A stretch of DNA of 32,000 bases from Cupriavidus necator (GCF_016127575.1 NZ_CP066019.1:30001-62000), one strand, 5' to 3'; positions 16,191 through 26,142 are shown, counted from the first letter of the stretch. Notes: a model not told the origin generated them from the letters alone. Made by a program: numbers and translations.

Positions 16191-18182
16191 CTACTGCGGG
16201 CTGAGCTCGCCCGCCAGTTCCGGCGGGCCGATCTCATAGCGCCCGCGGCCCGCGCCCTTGGCGCGGTATAGCAGCACGTCCGCCAGCCGCATCAGTTCGC
16301 GGTCCTGCGCCGGGCCGCCGTGGTAGAGCGCCACGCCGATGCTGACGTCAACGTCGGCGGATACGCCCTCGAAGTCGAAGGGCTCGTCCATCGCCTGCAG
16401 GATGGCCTGCGCCACGCGGCGTGCCGCGGCGGGCTGGGTCATGTCTTCGAGCACCACCGCGAACTCGTCGCCACCCAGCCTGGCGACGGTGTCGCGCTCG
16501 CGCACGCAGCGGCGCACGCGCTGGGCAAAGGTCTGCAGCAGCTGGTCGCCGGCGGCGTGGCCGTGGATATCGTTGACGGCCTTGAAGCGGTCCATGTCCA
16601 GGTACAGCAGGGCCATCAGCGTGCCATGCTCGCGGCTGCGCACCATCGCCGCATGCAGCTGGCCCTCGAAGGCGCTGCGGTTCATCAGCTGTGTCAGGTG
16701 GTCGGTGCGCGACATGCGCGCCAGGCGCTGCGTCTCCAGCTTGCGCTGCGTGATGTCTTGCACGTGGATATGCACGCCCACCACCTCGCTGCCGTCGGCG
16801 CTCCATTCCGGGCGCAGGCTGCTCTCCATGCAGTGGTATTCGGGGTCGCTGTCTTCGGTTTCGAAGGTCACCGCAGTGCCCGCCAGCGCGCGCTGCATGA
16901 AGGGCTGCACGCGCGCGTAGCGGGCCTCGCCCAGGATTTCGCGCACGTGCCTGCCGCGCAGTTCCTCCGGCTTCAGGCCGAAGACACGTTCGTAGGCCTG
17001 GTTGTTGAACACATAGCGCTCATCGGTGTCGATAAAGGCCAGCAGCGACGGCAGCGTGTCGGTCACCGCGCGCAGGCGCCGTTCGCTGCGGTCCAGCGCC
17101 TGGCGGCGCTCGCGCACGTCGCGCATCAGCTTGATGAAGGCGCGCGTCAGGTCGCCGATCTCGTCGCGCTGCTGCCGTGTTGGCAGCCGCTCGAACGCGG
17201 ACAGGTCGTTGGCGCTGGCCTGTACCACCTTGTGCAGGCGCGCCAGCGGCGCCAGCTGGCGCCGCACCGCCAGCCAGATCAGCAGGGCTACCGCCGCCAT
17301 GGCCACCCCGGCCATGCCCAGGAAGCGCTGCTGCATCTGGTGCAGCGGTGCGTAGGCCTCGCGCGCGGGCAGCAGCGCCACCAGTTCCCAGCCGGTGCTC
17401 GACATCAGGTAGCGCGCGATCACCGGCCGCGCCGGCGTGAGGAATTCCAGCGGCGCGGGGCTGTCATCCTCGCCGCAGGTATCGGCCACGGCCAGCGCCG
17501 GCTGGCGCGCCTGCGCGGGATCGGGATGGCGGATATAGACCGGCTTGGGGCCGGCCGATACCAGGCAGTAGTAGCCGGTGGTGCCAAGGCGGTTGTGCAG
17601 GATCTCGACCAGGAAGTTGGCGCTGGACAGGTCCAGCCAGCCGCCCACCAGGCCGACGAAGGTCCGGTTCGGCGTCAGCACCGGCACCGCCACCATCACC
17701 CCCATCTGGCCGTTGGTGCGCGAGCGGATGGGCGGCGACACTACGGGCGCGAGCGAGCGGGCGGCCTCGCGGAAATAGCTGCGGTCGCCAATGTCCGCCC
17801 CGGCGCCGCGGTGGGTGACGATGTTGCCCTGCATGTCGGCGACCAGCAGCGCGTTGAACGCGGCCGGCACCGGGATCGCTGCGGACAGCGTATCCAGTGC
17901 CCGCTCGCGCGCCGCGGCGGCTTGCGCGCCGTGTGCCTGCACCAGCAGGCCGCTGAGTTGCGCAGCCTGGTGCGACAGCAGCACAATGCGGTCGTTCATG
18001 GCGGTGTCGAGCTGGTTGGCGGTCAGCTTGACGACGGAATCCTGCTGGACCTGCAGCGCATCGTGCAGGTCGCGGTGGGCATCGTACAGGGCGGTCAGTA
18101 CGATGCCGGTGCCGAACACCGCGGCCAGCACGGTGGTGATGATCGCAATGCGCGCTTTCAGCGTGGGTGTGTAGACGGGCAT
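16191..18182 (-). CDS. Membrane sensor diguanylate cyclase (periplasmic dCache-like, HAMP, PAS, GGDEF)
   Basis: 663 aa. It has an N-terminal TM segment, a Cache-like block (...DRSYFREAARSLAPVVSPPIRSRTNGQMGVMVAVPV...), a second TM segment, HAMP and PAS. The GGDEF domain has an intact RLGGDEF active site and an RxxD I-site (RERD) 5 residues upstream. Confidence 0.9.
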   Translation of the reverse strand: MPVYTPTLKARIAIITTVLAAVFGTGIVLTALYDAHRDLHDALQVQQDSVVKLTANQLDTAMNDRIVLLSHQAAQLSGLLVQAHGAQAAAARERALDTLSAAIPVPAAFNALLVADMQGNIVTHRGAGADIGDRSYFREAARSLAPVVSPPIRSRTNGQMGVMVAVPVLTPNRTFVGLVGGWLDLSSANFLVEILHNRLGTTGYYCLVSAGPKPVYIRHPDPAQARQPALAVADTCGEDDSPAPLEFLTPARPVIARYLMSSTGWELVALLPAREAYAPLHQMQQRFLGMAGVAMAAVALLIWLAVRRQLAPLARLHKVVQASANDLSAFERLPTRQQRDEIGDLTRAFIKLMRDVRERRQALDRSERRLRAVTDTLPSLLAFIDTDERYVFNNQAYERVFGLKPEELRGRHVREILGEARYARVQPFMQRALAGTAVTFETEDSDPEYHCMESSLRPEWSADGSEVVGVHIHVQDITQRKLETQRLARMSRTDHLTQLMNRSAFEGQLHAAMVRSREHGTLMALLYLDMDRFKAVNDIHGHAAGDQLLQTFAQRVRRCVRERDTVARLGGDEFAVVLEDMTQPAAARRVAQAILQAMDEPFDFEGVSADVDVSIGVALYHGGPAQDRELMRLADVLLYRAKGAGRGRYEIGPPELAGELSPQ

Positions 18183-18406
18183 GTAGGGCGCAGTTGGAGT
18201 GCCAGTGGCGCAGACCGCGTACTTGGGGGCATCTCCGGTGCAACCCTACCATACCCCGCCATGGGGGGCATGCGGTCTTTCCCCCGAACGGGTCCATCCC
18301 CGGCGGGGGTGTGCGCGCTGCCCGTGCCACGGTATAGTCCCCCGTTAATGCGAAGGCACGTCCACGCAGACGGCATGCCCCTGCTGCATGCCGGAACCGA
18401 TCGACC

Positions 18407-21400
18407 ATGAGACTGACTTCGCTTTCCCCTGCCTTGTTGTCATTGCTGGTCGCGGCCGGCGGCGCGCTGTTGACGGCAGGGGCATGGCTGCAGGCGGAGC
18501 GGCTCGAGCGCCGCGAGGCGCAGCAGCATTTCGACGCGCTGCTGGGACAGGCCGGCAGCGCGCTGCGCGAGCGCATGCTGGAGAACGAACGCCTGCTGCG
18601 CGGCGTGGCCGCCGTGCTGACCGCCAACCCCGACACCTCGCGCACGCAGTGGCGCGACTATCTCTATACTGCCCAGCTCGACGACCTGCCCGCCGGCACC
18701 CAGTCGATCGGCTACGCGCCGCTCACGCCGTTGCAGCGGGTGCCGCGGCTGGTGCAGGCCGCCCGTGCCGACGGCCTTGCCGACTACGACATTCATCCCG
18801 GCGGCAAGCGCGACCTGTACGCACCGATCCTCTATATCGAACCGCTGGACGGGCGCAACACGCGCGCCGCCGGCTTTGACATGCTGTCCGAGCCGGCGCG
18901 CCGGGCGGCGCTGGAAGCCGCCCGCGACAGCGGCGAACCGCGGCTCACGCCCGGCCTGGCACTGGTCCGCGAAACCGAGGCGGCGCAGCACCAGCACGGC
19001 GCGCTGGTATTCCTGCCGGTCTACGCCGGCGAGGCGCCGGTCAGCACGGTGGCGCAGCGGCGCCAGGCGGTGCTTGGCTATGTCTACGTGTCGCTGCGCC
19101 TGGGCGACCTGATGCGCGCGGTCGGTGCCCCGGCGGCGGCGGAACTGGAGCTCTCGCTGCACGAGGGCTCCCCGGCCGCGCCCGGGCCGATGCTGTCCGG
19201 CGGGCCGACCGAGGGCGAGCGCCGCGAGGACGGCAGTGCGGCGCTGCTGCACGGCGAGCGCCAGTTCCAGTATGGCGGTGTCACCTGGACGCTGCGCGCC
19301 GCCACGCGCCCCGCCTTCGAAGCCGCGCATGGCCCGCGGCAGGCGTACCTGGCGCTGGCCGCGGGCACGCTGGCCACGCTGCTGCTGGCGTGGCTCACCC
19401 ATGCGCTGGCACGCCAGGGCCGTGCCGCATGCCAGCGCGAAGCGCAGGCCGTGCATGCCTGGGAAGATGACAGCGCGATGCTGCAGGCGTGCCTGGCGCA
19501 GTCGGCCGACGGCTTTATCCTGATCGATGCGCAGGGCGTGGTGGTGCGCGCGAGCGAGCGGGCGGGACAACTGTTCGGCGCTGATCCGCAGCGGCTGGCC
19601 GGACGCAGCCTGGACACCCTGGTCCCCGGCGCCACCGGCGTTGTCCCCGGCGATGCTGCGCCGGGGTCCGAAGTCCACCGTGAACTGGCGGGCGTGCGCG
19701 CAGACGGCAGCCGCTTCACGCTGCGCGCCAGCGCCGCGCGCCTGCCTGCGGCCGACGGCGGCGCGGCGCACTGGCTGTGGGCGGTCACGGACCTGGAACC
19801 GGAACGGCGCGCCCAGCAGGCCGCCGCGGTGCAGGCCGCGCGCTATGCCGGGCTGCTCGACCATGCCGCCTTCTGCGTGATCACGTTCGATGAGGACGGG
19901 CTGATCACCGGCATCAACGCGGCTGGCCAGCGCATGCTCTGGTACAACGCCGCGGAACTGGTCGGCCACATGCACATGACCGGCCTGCATGTTGCCGACG
20001 AACTGGCCGACCATGCCCGCATGCTCAGTGGCGAACTGGGCGAGCCGGTGCCGCCGGGGCTGCCCGCCCTGGTGGCCAAGGCACGGCTTGCCCTGACCGA
20101 CGAGCGCGAATGGACCTGGGTGCGCAAGGGCGGCTCGCGCATGCCGGTGCAGCTGGCGGTGTTCGCCCTGCCGGCGCCCATCGAGGCTCCAGCCGCTGAC
20201 GCAGCGCCAGCTGGTCCCGCCGATGGTGCCGATCGTGCCGATGTGCCCCGGTCCGCGCCGTCGCCTGGCTACCAGGCCATCGGCTACGACCTGACCGAGC
20301 GCCTCCGCGTCGACGAGTACATCCGACACCTCGCGCTGCATGACCCGCTGACCGGCCTGCCCAACCGCGCCGAGCTGAGCGAGCGCGCGCAGGCGCTGCT
20401 GCTGTACGCGCGCAGCCACGGCGAGCGCGTGGCGCTGCTGCTGCTTGACCTGGACCATTTCAAGCACATCAACGACTCGCTCGGCCACCCCGTCGGCGAC
20501 GACGTGCTGCGCACCATGGCCGACCGCCTCAAGGGCGCGGTACGACAGGGCGACCTGGTGGCGCGCATGGGCGGCGATGAATTCGGCGTGGTGCTGGGCG
20601 GCCTGCGCCACGACAGCGAAGCCGAGCTGATTGCCGCCAAGATCCAGGCGCGCGTCAATGAAGAACTGCAGGCCGGCGGCCAGCGCCTGCGCGTGACGCC
20701 ATCGATCGGCATGGCGATCTACCCGGACGATGGCGATAGCCTGACCGAGCTGCTCAAGGCTGCCGATTCGGCCGTGTACGCGGCCAAGCACGACGGGCGC
20801 GCACAGTTGTGCCGCTTTGCCAGCGCCATGGCCGAGGCCTCGCTGGCGCGCTTCACCATCGAAGGGCTGCTGCGGCGCGCGCTCGCCGGCGATGAGTTCC
20901 GGCTGCGCTACCAGCCGATCGTCGATGCCGCGACCCTGGCTATAACCGGCGTCGAGGCGCTGATTACCTGGAACACCCCGGAACGCGGCGCCATGCAGCC
21001 GGCCGAGTTCATCCCCATCGCCGAGCAGAGCGGCCTGGTGGCGCCGCTGGGCGAATGGACCCTGGCCACCGCCTGCCGCGAAATCCAGGCCCTGCGCCAG
21101 GCGCTGGGCAGCGAGATCGAGGTCGCGGTCAATATCTCGCCGCTGCAGCTGCGCCAGGCCAACTTCCCCGATACCGTGGCGCACTGCCTGCAGCAGGCCG
21201 GCCTGCCGCCGCAGGGGCTGGTGATCGAAGTCACCGAAGGCATCCTGGTCGACGGCGGCGAGACCACCATCGAGACCTTCCGCCGGCTGCGCGAGCTGGG
21301 CGTGGGGCTGTCGATCGACGATTTCGGCACCGGCTACTCCGGGCTCAATTACCTGACCCGGCTGCCGATCAGCCGGCTCAAGATCGACAAGTCCTTTGTC

Positions 21401-21664
21401 GACGACGTGGCCACGCCCGGCCACGACCAGGCGGTGGCAGCGGCGATCATCGCGCTGGGCCACCAGCTGCACCTCAAGGTGATTGCCGAAGGGGTGGAGA
21501 CGGCGGCGCAGTTCGAGTTCCTGCGGGCGCAGGGGTGCGACGGGCTGCAGGGGTTCCTGTTCAGCCAGGCGGTGCCGCAGCAGGTGCTGCGGGAGATCCT
21601 GGAACAGGGGATTCGGGTGCCGACCCCCACGTCTGCGGGCGCCACTGCGCTGCGCGAGCCATAA
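18407..21664 (+). CDS. CHASE-PAS-PAS-GGDEF-EAL membrane sensor (putative bifunctional c-di-GMP cyclase/phosphodiesterase)
   Basis: 1085 aa.
- CHASE-like block: LYAPILYIEPLDGRNTRAAGFDMLSEPARRAALEAARDSGEP.
- GGDEF domain: intact RMGGDEF with RQGD I-site.
- EAL domain: EALITW, NISP, EVTE, DDFGTGYS, KIDKSF, EGVE and QGF are all present. Confidence 0.9.
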   Translation: MRLTSLSPALLSLLVAAGGALLTAGAWLQAERLERREAQQHFDALLGQAGSALRERMLENERLLRGVAAVLTANPDTSRTQWRDYLYTAQLDDLPAGTQSIGYAPLTPLQRVPRLVQAARADGLADYDIHPGGKRDLYAPILYIEPLDGRNTRAAGFDMLSEPARRAALEAARDSGEPRLTPGLALVRETEAAQHQHGALVFLPVYAGEAPVSTVAQRRQAVLGYVYVSLRLGDLMRAVGAPAAAELELSLHEGSPAAPGPMLSGGPTEGERREDGSAALLHGERQFQYGGVTWTLRAATRPAFEAAHGPRQAYLALAAGTLATLLLAWLTHALARQGRAACQREAQAVHAWEDDSAMLQACLAQSADGFILIDAQGVVVRASERAGQLFGADPQRLAGRSLDTLVPGATGVVPGDAAPGSEVHRELAGVRADGSRFTLRASAARLPAADGGAAHWLWAVTDLEPERRAQQAAAVQAARYAGLLDHAAFCVITFDEDGLITGINAAGQRMLWYNAAELVGHMHMTGLHVADELADHARMLSGELGEPVPPGLPALVAKARLALTDEREWTWVRKGGSRMPVQLAVFALPAPIEAPAADAAPAGPADGADRADVPRSAPSPGYQAIGYDLTERLRVDEYIRHLALHDPLTGLPNRAELSERAQALLLYARSHGERVALLLLDLDHFKHINDSLGHPVGDDVLRTMADRLKGAVRQGDLVARMGGDEFGVVLGGLRHDSEAELIAAKIQARVNEELQAGGQRLRVTPSIGMAIYPDDGDSLTELLKAADSAVYAAKHDGRAQLCRFASAMAEASLARFTIEGLLRRALAGDEFRLRYQPIVDAATLAITGVEALITWNTPERGAMQPAEFIPIAEQSGLVAPLGEWTLATACREIQALRQALGSEIEVAVNISPLQLRQANFPDTVAHCLQQAGLPPQGLVIEVTEGILVDGGETTIETFRRLRELGVGLSIDDFGTGYSGLNYLTRLPISRLKIDKSFVDDVATPGHDQAVAAAIIALGHQLHLKVIAEGVETAAQFEFLRAQGCDGLQGFLFSQAVPQQVLREILEQGIRVPTPTSAGATALREP

Positions 21665-21769
21665 TCGTCCAGGGGCACCATTCATAACTTGCCGGCGTGC
21701 CCGCGCCGCTGCCCCATCCCAAATCCCCCGATACCTCCATCGAAATACTTTGCCGATCTGCCACACGGC

Positions 21770-21784
21770 TGGCATCTGCGCTGC
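21770..21784 (+). promoter_or_regulatory. Candidate sigma-54 (-24/-12) promoter TGGCAT-N5-CTGC upstream of the ABC transporter operon
   Basis: In tggcatctgcgctgc the GG and GC dinucleotides are spaced correctly. It has 2 mismatches to TGGCAC-N5-TTGC and lies about 44 nt upstream of ATG 21828. No activator gene is seen nearby, so this is weak. Confidence 0.2.
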
Positions 21785-21827
21785 CTATGCTGGCGACCGA
21801 TTCAATTGAGATTGCGGAGATTCGGTG

Positions 21828-22922
21828 ATGCAGGCAGGCAAGTCCGGGGAGGGCCGGGCGTTCCTGGCAGTGGAGCAGGTCAGCAAGCGCTTTGGCAGCT
21901 TCGTGGCGCTGGACGGCGTGTCGATGTCGGTCGGGCAGGGCGAGCTGCTGTGCCTGCTGGGCCCGTCCGGGTGCGGCAAGACCACGCTGCTGCGCATCAT
22001 CGCGGGACTTGAGCGCGAGGACGCAGGACGCATCCATGCCGGCGCGCGTGAACTGACCGGGTTGCCGCCGCAGGCACGCGACTACGGCATCCTGTTCCAG
22101 TCCTATGCGCTGTTTCCCAACCTGACCGTGGCGCAGAACGTGGCCTATGGACTGCACGGGCGCGGCATGGGACGCACGCACCGCGACGCGCGCGTGGCCG
22201 AGATGCTCGACCTGGTCGGCCTGGCCGGCAGCGAGCGCAAGTTCCCGGGCCAGCTCTCCGGTGGCCAGCAGCAGCGCGTGGCGATGGCCCGCGCGCTGGC
22301 GCCGGCGCCTTCGCTGCTGCTGCTTGATGAGCCGATGTCGGCACTCGACGCCCGCGTGCGCGAACACCTGCGGCTGGAGCTGCGCCAGCTGCAGCGCAGG
22401 CTGAATATCACCACCGTGATGGTCACCCACGACCAGGAAGAGGCCATGACCATGGCCGACCGCATTGCCGTGATGGACGGCGGGCGCATCGTGCAGGCCG
22501 GCACTCCCGCCGAAATCTATGAGCAGCCGGCGTCGGCCTTTGTCGCCGGTTTTGTCGGGCAGGCCAACTGGCTGCCGGGGCGCAGCGTGCAGGCCGGGCG
22601 CTTCACCGTCGGCGAGGGCAGCCAGGCCGTCGATTTCCTGGTCGACTCGCCGCAGCCGGCGGCATCCGCCGGCCGGCTGTGCTGCCGCCCGGAAGCGGTG
22701 CGGCTGGACCCGGATCCTGCCGAGCCCAACCGGCTGCTGGCGCGCGTGGTCGACCAGACCTACCTCGGCAACCGCTACCGGCTGGCGCTGGATGCGGATC
22801 GCCTGCCGGGGCTGACCCTGTTTGCCGACGTGGCGCGCGAGGCGCGGCACCGGCTGCCCGACGCGGGCGGCCACAAGTTCTGGATTGCGCTGCCCGCGCA
22901 GGCGTTGCGGGTGTTTGCATGA
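21828..22922 (+). CDS. ABC transporter ATP-binding protein (PotA/FbpC/PhnT-like importer ATPase)
   Basis: It has Walker A GPSGCGKTT, Q-loop, signature LSGGQQQRV, Walker B LLLLDEP, and a C-terminal TOBE-like extension. The ATG at 21828 has GGAGA 7 nt upstream. The track begins at the GTG at 21825. Confidence 0.9.
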   Translation: MQAGKSGEGRAFLAVEQVSKRFGSFVALDGVSMSVGQGELLCLLGPSGCGKTTLLRIIAGLEREDAGRIHAGARELTGLPPQARDYGILFQSYALFPNLTVAQNVAYGLHGRGMGRTHRDARVAEMLDLVGLAGSERKFPGQLSGGQQQRVAMARALAPAPSLLLLDEPMSALDARVREHLRLELRQLQRRLNITTVMVTHDQEEAMTMADRIAVMDGGRIVQAGTPAEIYEQPASAFVAGFVGQANWLPGRSVQAGRFTVGEGSQAVDFLVDSPQPAASAGRLCCRPEAVRLDPDPAEPNRLLARVVDQTYLGNRYRLALDADRLPGLTLFADVAREARHRLPDAGGHKFWIALPAQALRVFA

Positions 22923-24646
22923 TGCGCGCGGTCACTGCCGTCCTGCCCGAGGCTACGCAGGCAGCATCGCCGCGCGGCACCGGCCTGGCCTCCCGGCTGG
23001 CGCACGGTGCCCCGACCGCGATGAAGTGGCTCTGGCTGGCCGGGCTGGCCGTCGGCCTGCTGCTGCCGTTGCTGGCGCTGTTCCGCCAGGCGTGGTTCGA
23101 TGCGGCGGGGCAATGGGCGCTGGGCGCGCGCATGGCGGCGCTGGTGACCAGCTCCAACTTCCTGCCGATGCTCGGCCGCAGCGTGGCGGTGTCGCTGGCG
23201 GTGGTGGCGCTGGTGGTGCCGCTGGCATTTGGCTTTGCCTATGCGCTGCAGCGTTCCTGCATCGCACTGCGGCCGCTGTGGCGCGGCATTGCGCTGCTGC
23301 CGCTGTTTGCGCCGTCGCTGCTGCCGGCGATCGCGCTGGTCTACCTGTTCGGCAACCAGGGCATCTTTCGCGGCGCCTTCGGGCAAGGCGGCATCTATGG
23401 CTTCTGGGGCATCGTGCTGGGCGAGGCCTTCTACACCTTCCCGCATGCGCTGATGGTGCTGGTGGCGACGCTGTCGCTGGCCGATGCGCGCCTCTATGAG
23501 GCGGCGCGCGCGATGGGCGCCAGCCCGTGGCGTACCTTCTGCACGGTCACGCTGCCGGGCGCGCGCCAGGGCCTGTTCGCCGCCGCCTGCCTGGTGCTGA
23601 CGCTGGTGATCACGGACTTTGGCGTACCCAAGGTGGTGGGCGGCGGTTATCCGGTGCTGGCGCTGGAAGCGTACAAGGCGGTGGTCGGGCAGCAGCAGTT
23701 CGACCGCGGCGCGCTGATCGGCATGCTGCTGCTGGCGCCCGCGCTGCTGACCTTTGCCGTGGACATGGCAATGCAGCAGCGCCAGCGCACACAGATGGGC
23801 AGCCGCGCGCAGGTGTATGTGCCGGCGCCCGAGCGCGGCCGCGACGGCGCGTGCCTGCTGCTGGTGGCGCTGGTCAGTGCCGCGCTGCTGGCAGTGATCG
23901 CCACCGCGCTGGGCGCGTCGCTGGTCAAGCTGTGGCCGTACAACCTGGGCCTGACGCTGGCGCATTACGACTTCGACAATATGGACGGCGGCGGCTGGCT
24001 GGCCTACCGCAACAGCCTGAAGCTGTCGGCACTGACCGCGCTGGCGGGCACGGCGGCGATCTTCCTGGGCGCCTGGCTGACGCTGCGCACGCGCGGCCCG
24101 GCCTGGCTGCACGGCGTGCTGCGCGCGGGCTTCCTGTTGCCGATGGCGGTGCCGGGGCTGGTGCTGGGCCTGGGCTATGTGTTCTTCTTCAACGCGCCCG
24201 GCAATCCGCTGCACGCGCTGTACGGCACCATGGCGCTGCTGGTGCTGTGCAACGTGGCGCACTGCTACACCACCGGCCATCTGACCGCGGCCGCGGCGCT
24301 GCGCCAGCTCGACAACGAGTTCGAGGCCGCGGCGCTGTCGCTCGGGGTGGCGCCGCTGGTGACGTGCTGGCGCGTGACCGTGCCGGTGTGCCTGCCGGCA
24401 CTGCTCGATATCTTCCGCTACCTCTTCGTGTCGTCGATGACCACGGTCTCGGCGGTGATTTTCCTGTACAGCCCCGACACCGTGCTGGCGGCGATCTCGG
24501 TGCTGAACATGGACGATGCCGGCGACACCGCGCCCGCTGCCGCGATGTCGACGCTGATCCTGCTGACCTCGGTGCTGGCGGCCCTGCTGCTGCACGCGGT
24601 CTCGGCCGGCTGGCTGCGCCGCGCACAACGCTGGCGCGCCGGCTGA
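22919..24646 (+). CDS. ABC transporter permease, fused two-module type (FbpB/ThiP/PhnU2-like)
   Basis: The ATG at 22919 overlaps the ATPase stop as ATGA, giving 575 aa with about 12 TM segments in two repeats. Each repeat has an EAA-like loop (YEAARAMGASPWRTFCTVTLP and EFEAAALSLGVAPLVTCWRVTVP). Confidence 0.85.
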   Translation: MMRAVTAVLPEATQAASPRGTGLASRLAHGAPTAMKWLWLAGLAVGLLLPLLALFRQAWFDAAGQWALGARMAALVTSSNFLPMLGRSVAVSLAVVALVVPLAFGFAYALQRSCIALRPLWRGIALLPLFAPSLLPAIALVYLFGNQGIFRGAFGQGGIYGFWGIVLGEAFYTFPHALMVLVATLSLADARLYEAARAMGASPWRTFCTVTLPGARQGLFAAACLVLTLVITDFGVPKVVGGGYPVLALEAYKAVVGQQQFDRGALIGMLLLAPALLTFAVDMAMQQRQRTQMGSRAQVYVPAPERGRDGACLLLVALVSAALLAVIATALGASLVKLWPYNLGLTLAHYDFDNMDGGGWLAYRNSLKLSALTALAGTAAIFLGAWLTLRTRGPAWLHGVLRAGFLLPMAVPGLVLGLGYVFFFNAPGNPLHALYGTMALLVLCNVAHCYTTGHLTAAAALRQLDNEFEAAALSLGVAPLVTCWRVTVPVCLPALLDIFRYLFVSSMTTVSAVIFLYSPDTVLAAISVLNMDDAGDTAPAAAMSTLILLTSVLAALLLHAVSAGWLRRAQRWRAG

Positions 24647-24707
24647 CCTTTGCCCGATTCGCCGTACCCCTGCATTCCGGAACACTCACCGAACCCAAGG
24701 AGAAACC

Positions 24708-25736
24708 ATGTCCCGCATCACCAACCTTGTCGCGGCGCTTGCCGCCGCGGCCGCCCTGCCGATGCTGGCCGGCAACGCCAGCGCCGCCACCGTGCTGACG
24801 GTCTATACCGCGCTCGAAGCCGACCAGATCGCCGCCTACAAGTCCGCGTTCGAGAAGGTGCATCCCGATATCGAAATCAAGTGGGTGCGCGATTCCACCG
24901 GCATCGTCACCGCCAAGCTGCTGGCGGAAAGGGCCGCGCCGCGCGCCGATGCGGTGTGGGGCCTGGCCGGCTCCAGCCTGGCGATCCTGGACAAGGAAGG
25001 CATGCTCGACCCGTATGCGCCGAAGAACCTGGCCGCGATCGATGCCAAGTACCGCAGCCCGGCCAATCCGCCGGCATGGGTCGGCATGGACGTGTGGGGC
25101 GCGGCGATCTGCTTCAACACCGTAGAGGCGCAGAAGCAGGGCCTGCCCAAGCCGGCCTCGTGGGCCGACCTGACCAAGCCGATCTACGCGGGCAAGGTGG
25201 TGATGCCGCACCCGGCCTCGTCGGGCACGGGCTTCCTCGATGTCAGCGCCTGGCTGCAGATGATGGGCGAGCAGAAGGGCTGGCAGTACATGGATGCCCT
25301 GCACAAGAACATCGGCCTGTACACGCACTCGGGCTCCAAGCCGTGCAAGATGGCCGCGCAGGGCGAGTTCCCGATCGGCATTGCGTTCGAGTACCGTGCC
25401 ATGAAGTCGAAGAAGGAAGGCGCGCCGATCGATATCGTGCTGCCGAGCGAAGGCCTGGGCTGGGACATCGAGGCCACCGCCATCGTCAAGGGCACCAGGA
25501 ACCTGGACGCCGCGCGCAAGCTGGCTGACTTCTCGGCCTCGCGTGAAGCGATGGCGCTGTATGAGAAGAACTTTGCCGTGCTGGCCGTGCCCGGCATTGC
25601 CAGGCCCGACGCGCTGCTGCCCGCCGACTACGAGAAGCGCCTGATCAAGAACGACTTCCGCTGGGCGAGCGACAACCGCGACCGCATCCTGGCTGAATGG
25701 AGCAAGCGCTACGAAGGGAAGGCGGAGAAGAAGTAA
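24708..25736 (+). CDS. Periplasmic substrate-binding protein, Fe3+/2-aminoethylphosphonate (PhnS2-like) family
   Basis: 342 aa with AAGGAGA upstream. It has a signal peptide (MSRITNLVAALAAAAALPMLAGNASA). LTVYTALEADQIAAYKSAFEKVHPDIEIKWVRDSTG... is typical of the iron(III)/AEP SBP cluster as I recall it. Confidence 0.8.
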   Translation: MSRITNLVAALAAAAALPMLAGNASAATVLTVYTALEADQIAAYKSAFEKVHPDIEIKWVRDSTGIVTAKLLAERAAPRADAVWGLAGSSLAILDKEGMLDPYAPKNLAAIDAKYRSPANPPAWVGMDVWGAAICFNTVEAQKQGLPKPASWADLTKPIYAGKVVMPHPASSGTGFLDVSAWLQMMGEQKGWQYMDALHKNIGLYTHSGSKPCKMAAQGEFPIGIAFEYRAMKSKKEGAPIDIVLPSEGLGWDIEATAIVKGTRNLDAARKLADFSASREAMALYEKNFAVLAVPGIARPDALLPADYEKRLIKNDFRWASDNRDRILAEWSKRYEGKAEKK

Positions 25737-25818
25737 GGCACACGGCGCGCCCGGCGGCGAGGAGATGGCCCGCAGAAACGGGTACGCTCCCCGCGCCGCG
25801 GCGGCCGCCCTGGCCGGA

Positions 25819-26142
25819 TCAGGCCTGTTGCGGCACTTCGTCGGTGGCCGGCTGGCCGGCGTGCAGGCGGCGGTAGAGATCGTCGATGCGCTGGCGGCTG
25901 GCCTGGAGCTCTTCGCGGCCGCGCTCGGTCAGCAGGTAGACCCGGCCGATGCCGTCGCGCAGCACGCTTTCCAGATAGCCTTCCATTTGCAGGGCACGCA
26001 GCAACGGGCGCACTGAGCCGATATCGACCTGGAAGCCGTATTCCAGCAACATGTCGGCAAGCATGGCCACCGTAGCCGGGACTTCAAGCGCGAATTGCAG
26101 GACGTAGACGCGGGCCAGCAGGCCCAGGAACTGTCGTTTCAT
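25819..26142 (-). CDS. PadR-like winged-helix transcriptional regulator
   Basis: From the ATG at 26142 the protein is 107 aa (the track start at 26154 is a TTG). ...SVRPLLRALQMEGYLESVLRDGIGRVYLLTERGREEL... fits the PadR recognition helix and wing pattern. Confidence 0.6.
   Translation of the reverse strand: MKRQFLGLLARVYVLQFALEVPATVAMLADMLLEYGFQVDIGSVRPLLRALQMEGYLESVLRDGIGRVYLLTERGREELQASRQRIDDLYRRLHAGQPATDEVPQQA

Noticed and set aside
18440-21775. 1111-aa ORF antisense to the CHASE-GGDEF-EAL gene
   Set aside because: This is a typical GC-driven antisense shadow ORF. The translation is dominated by R, A, G and Q with no recognisable domains, while the sense frame has clear CHASE, PAS, GGDEF and EAL motifs.
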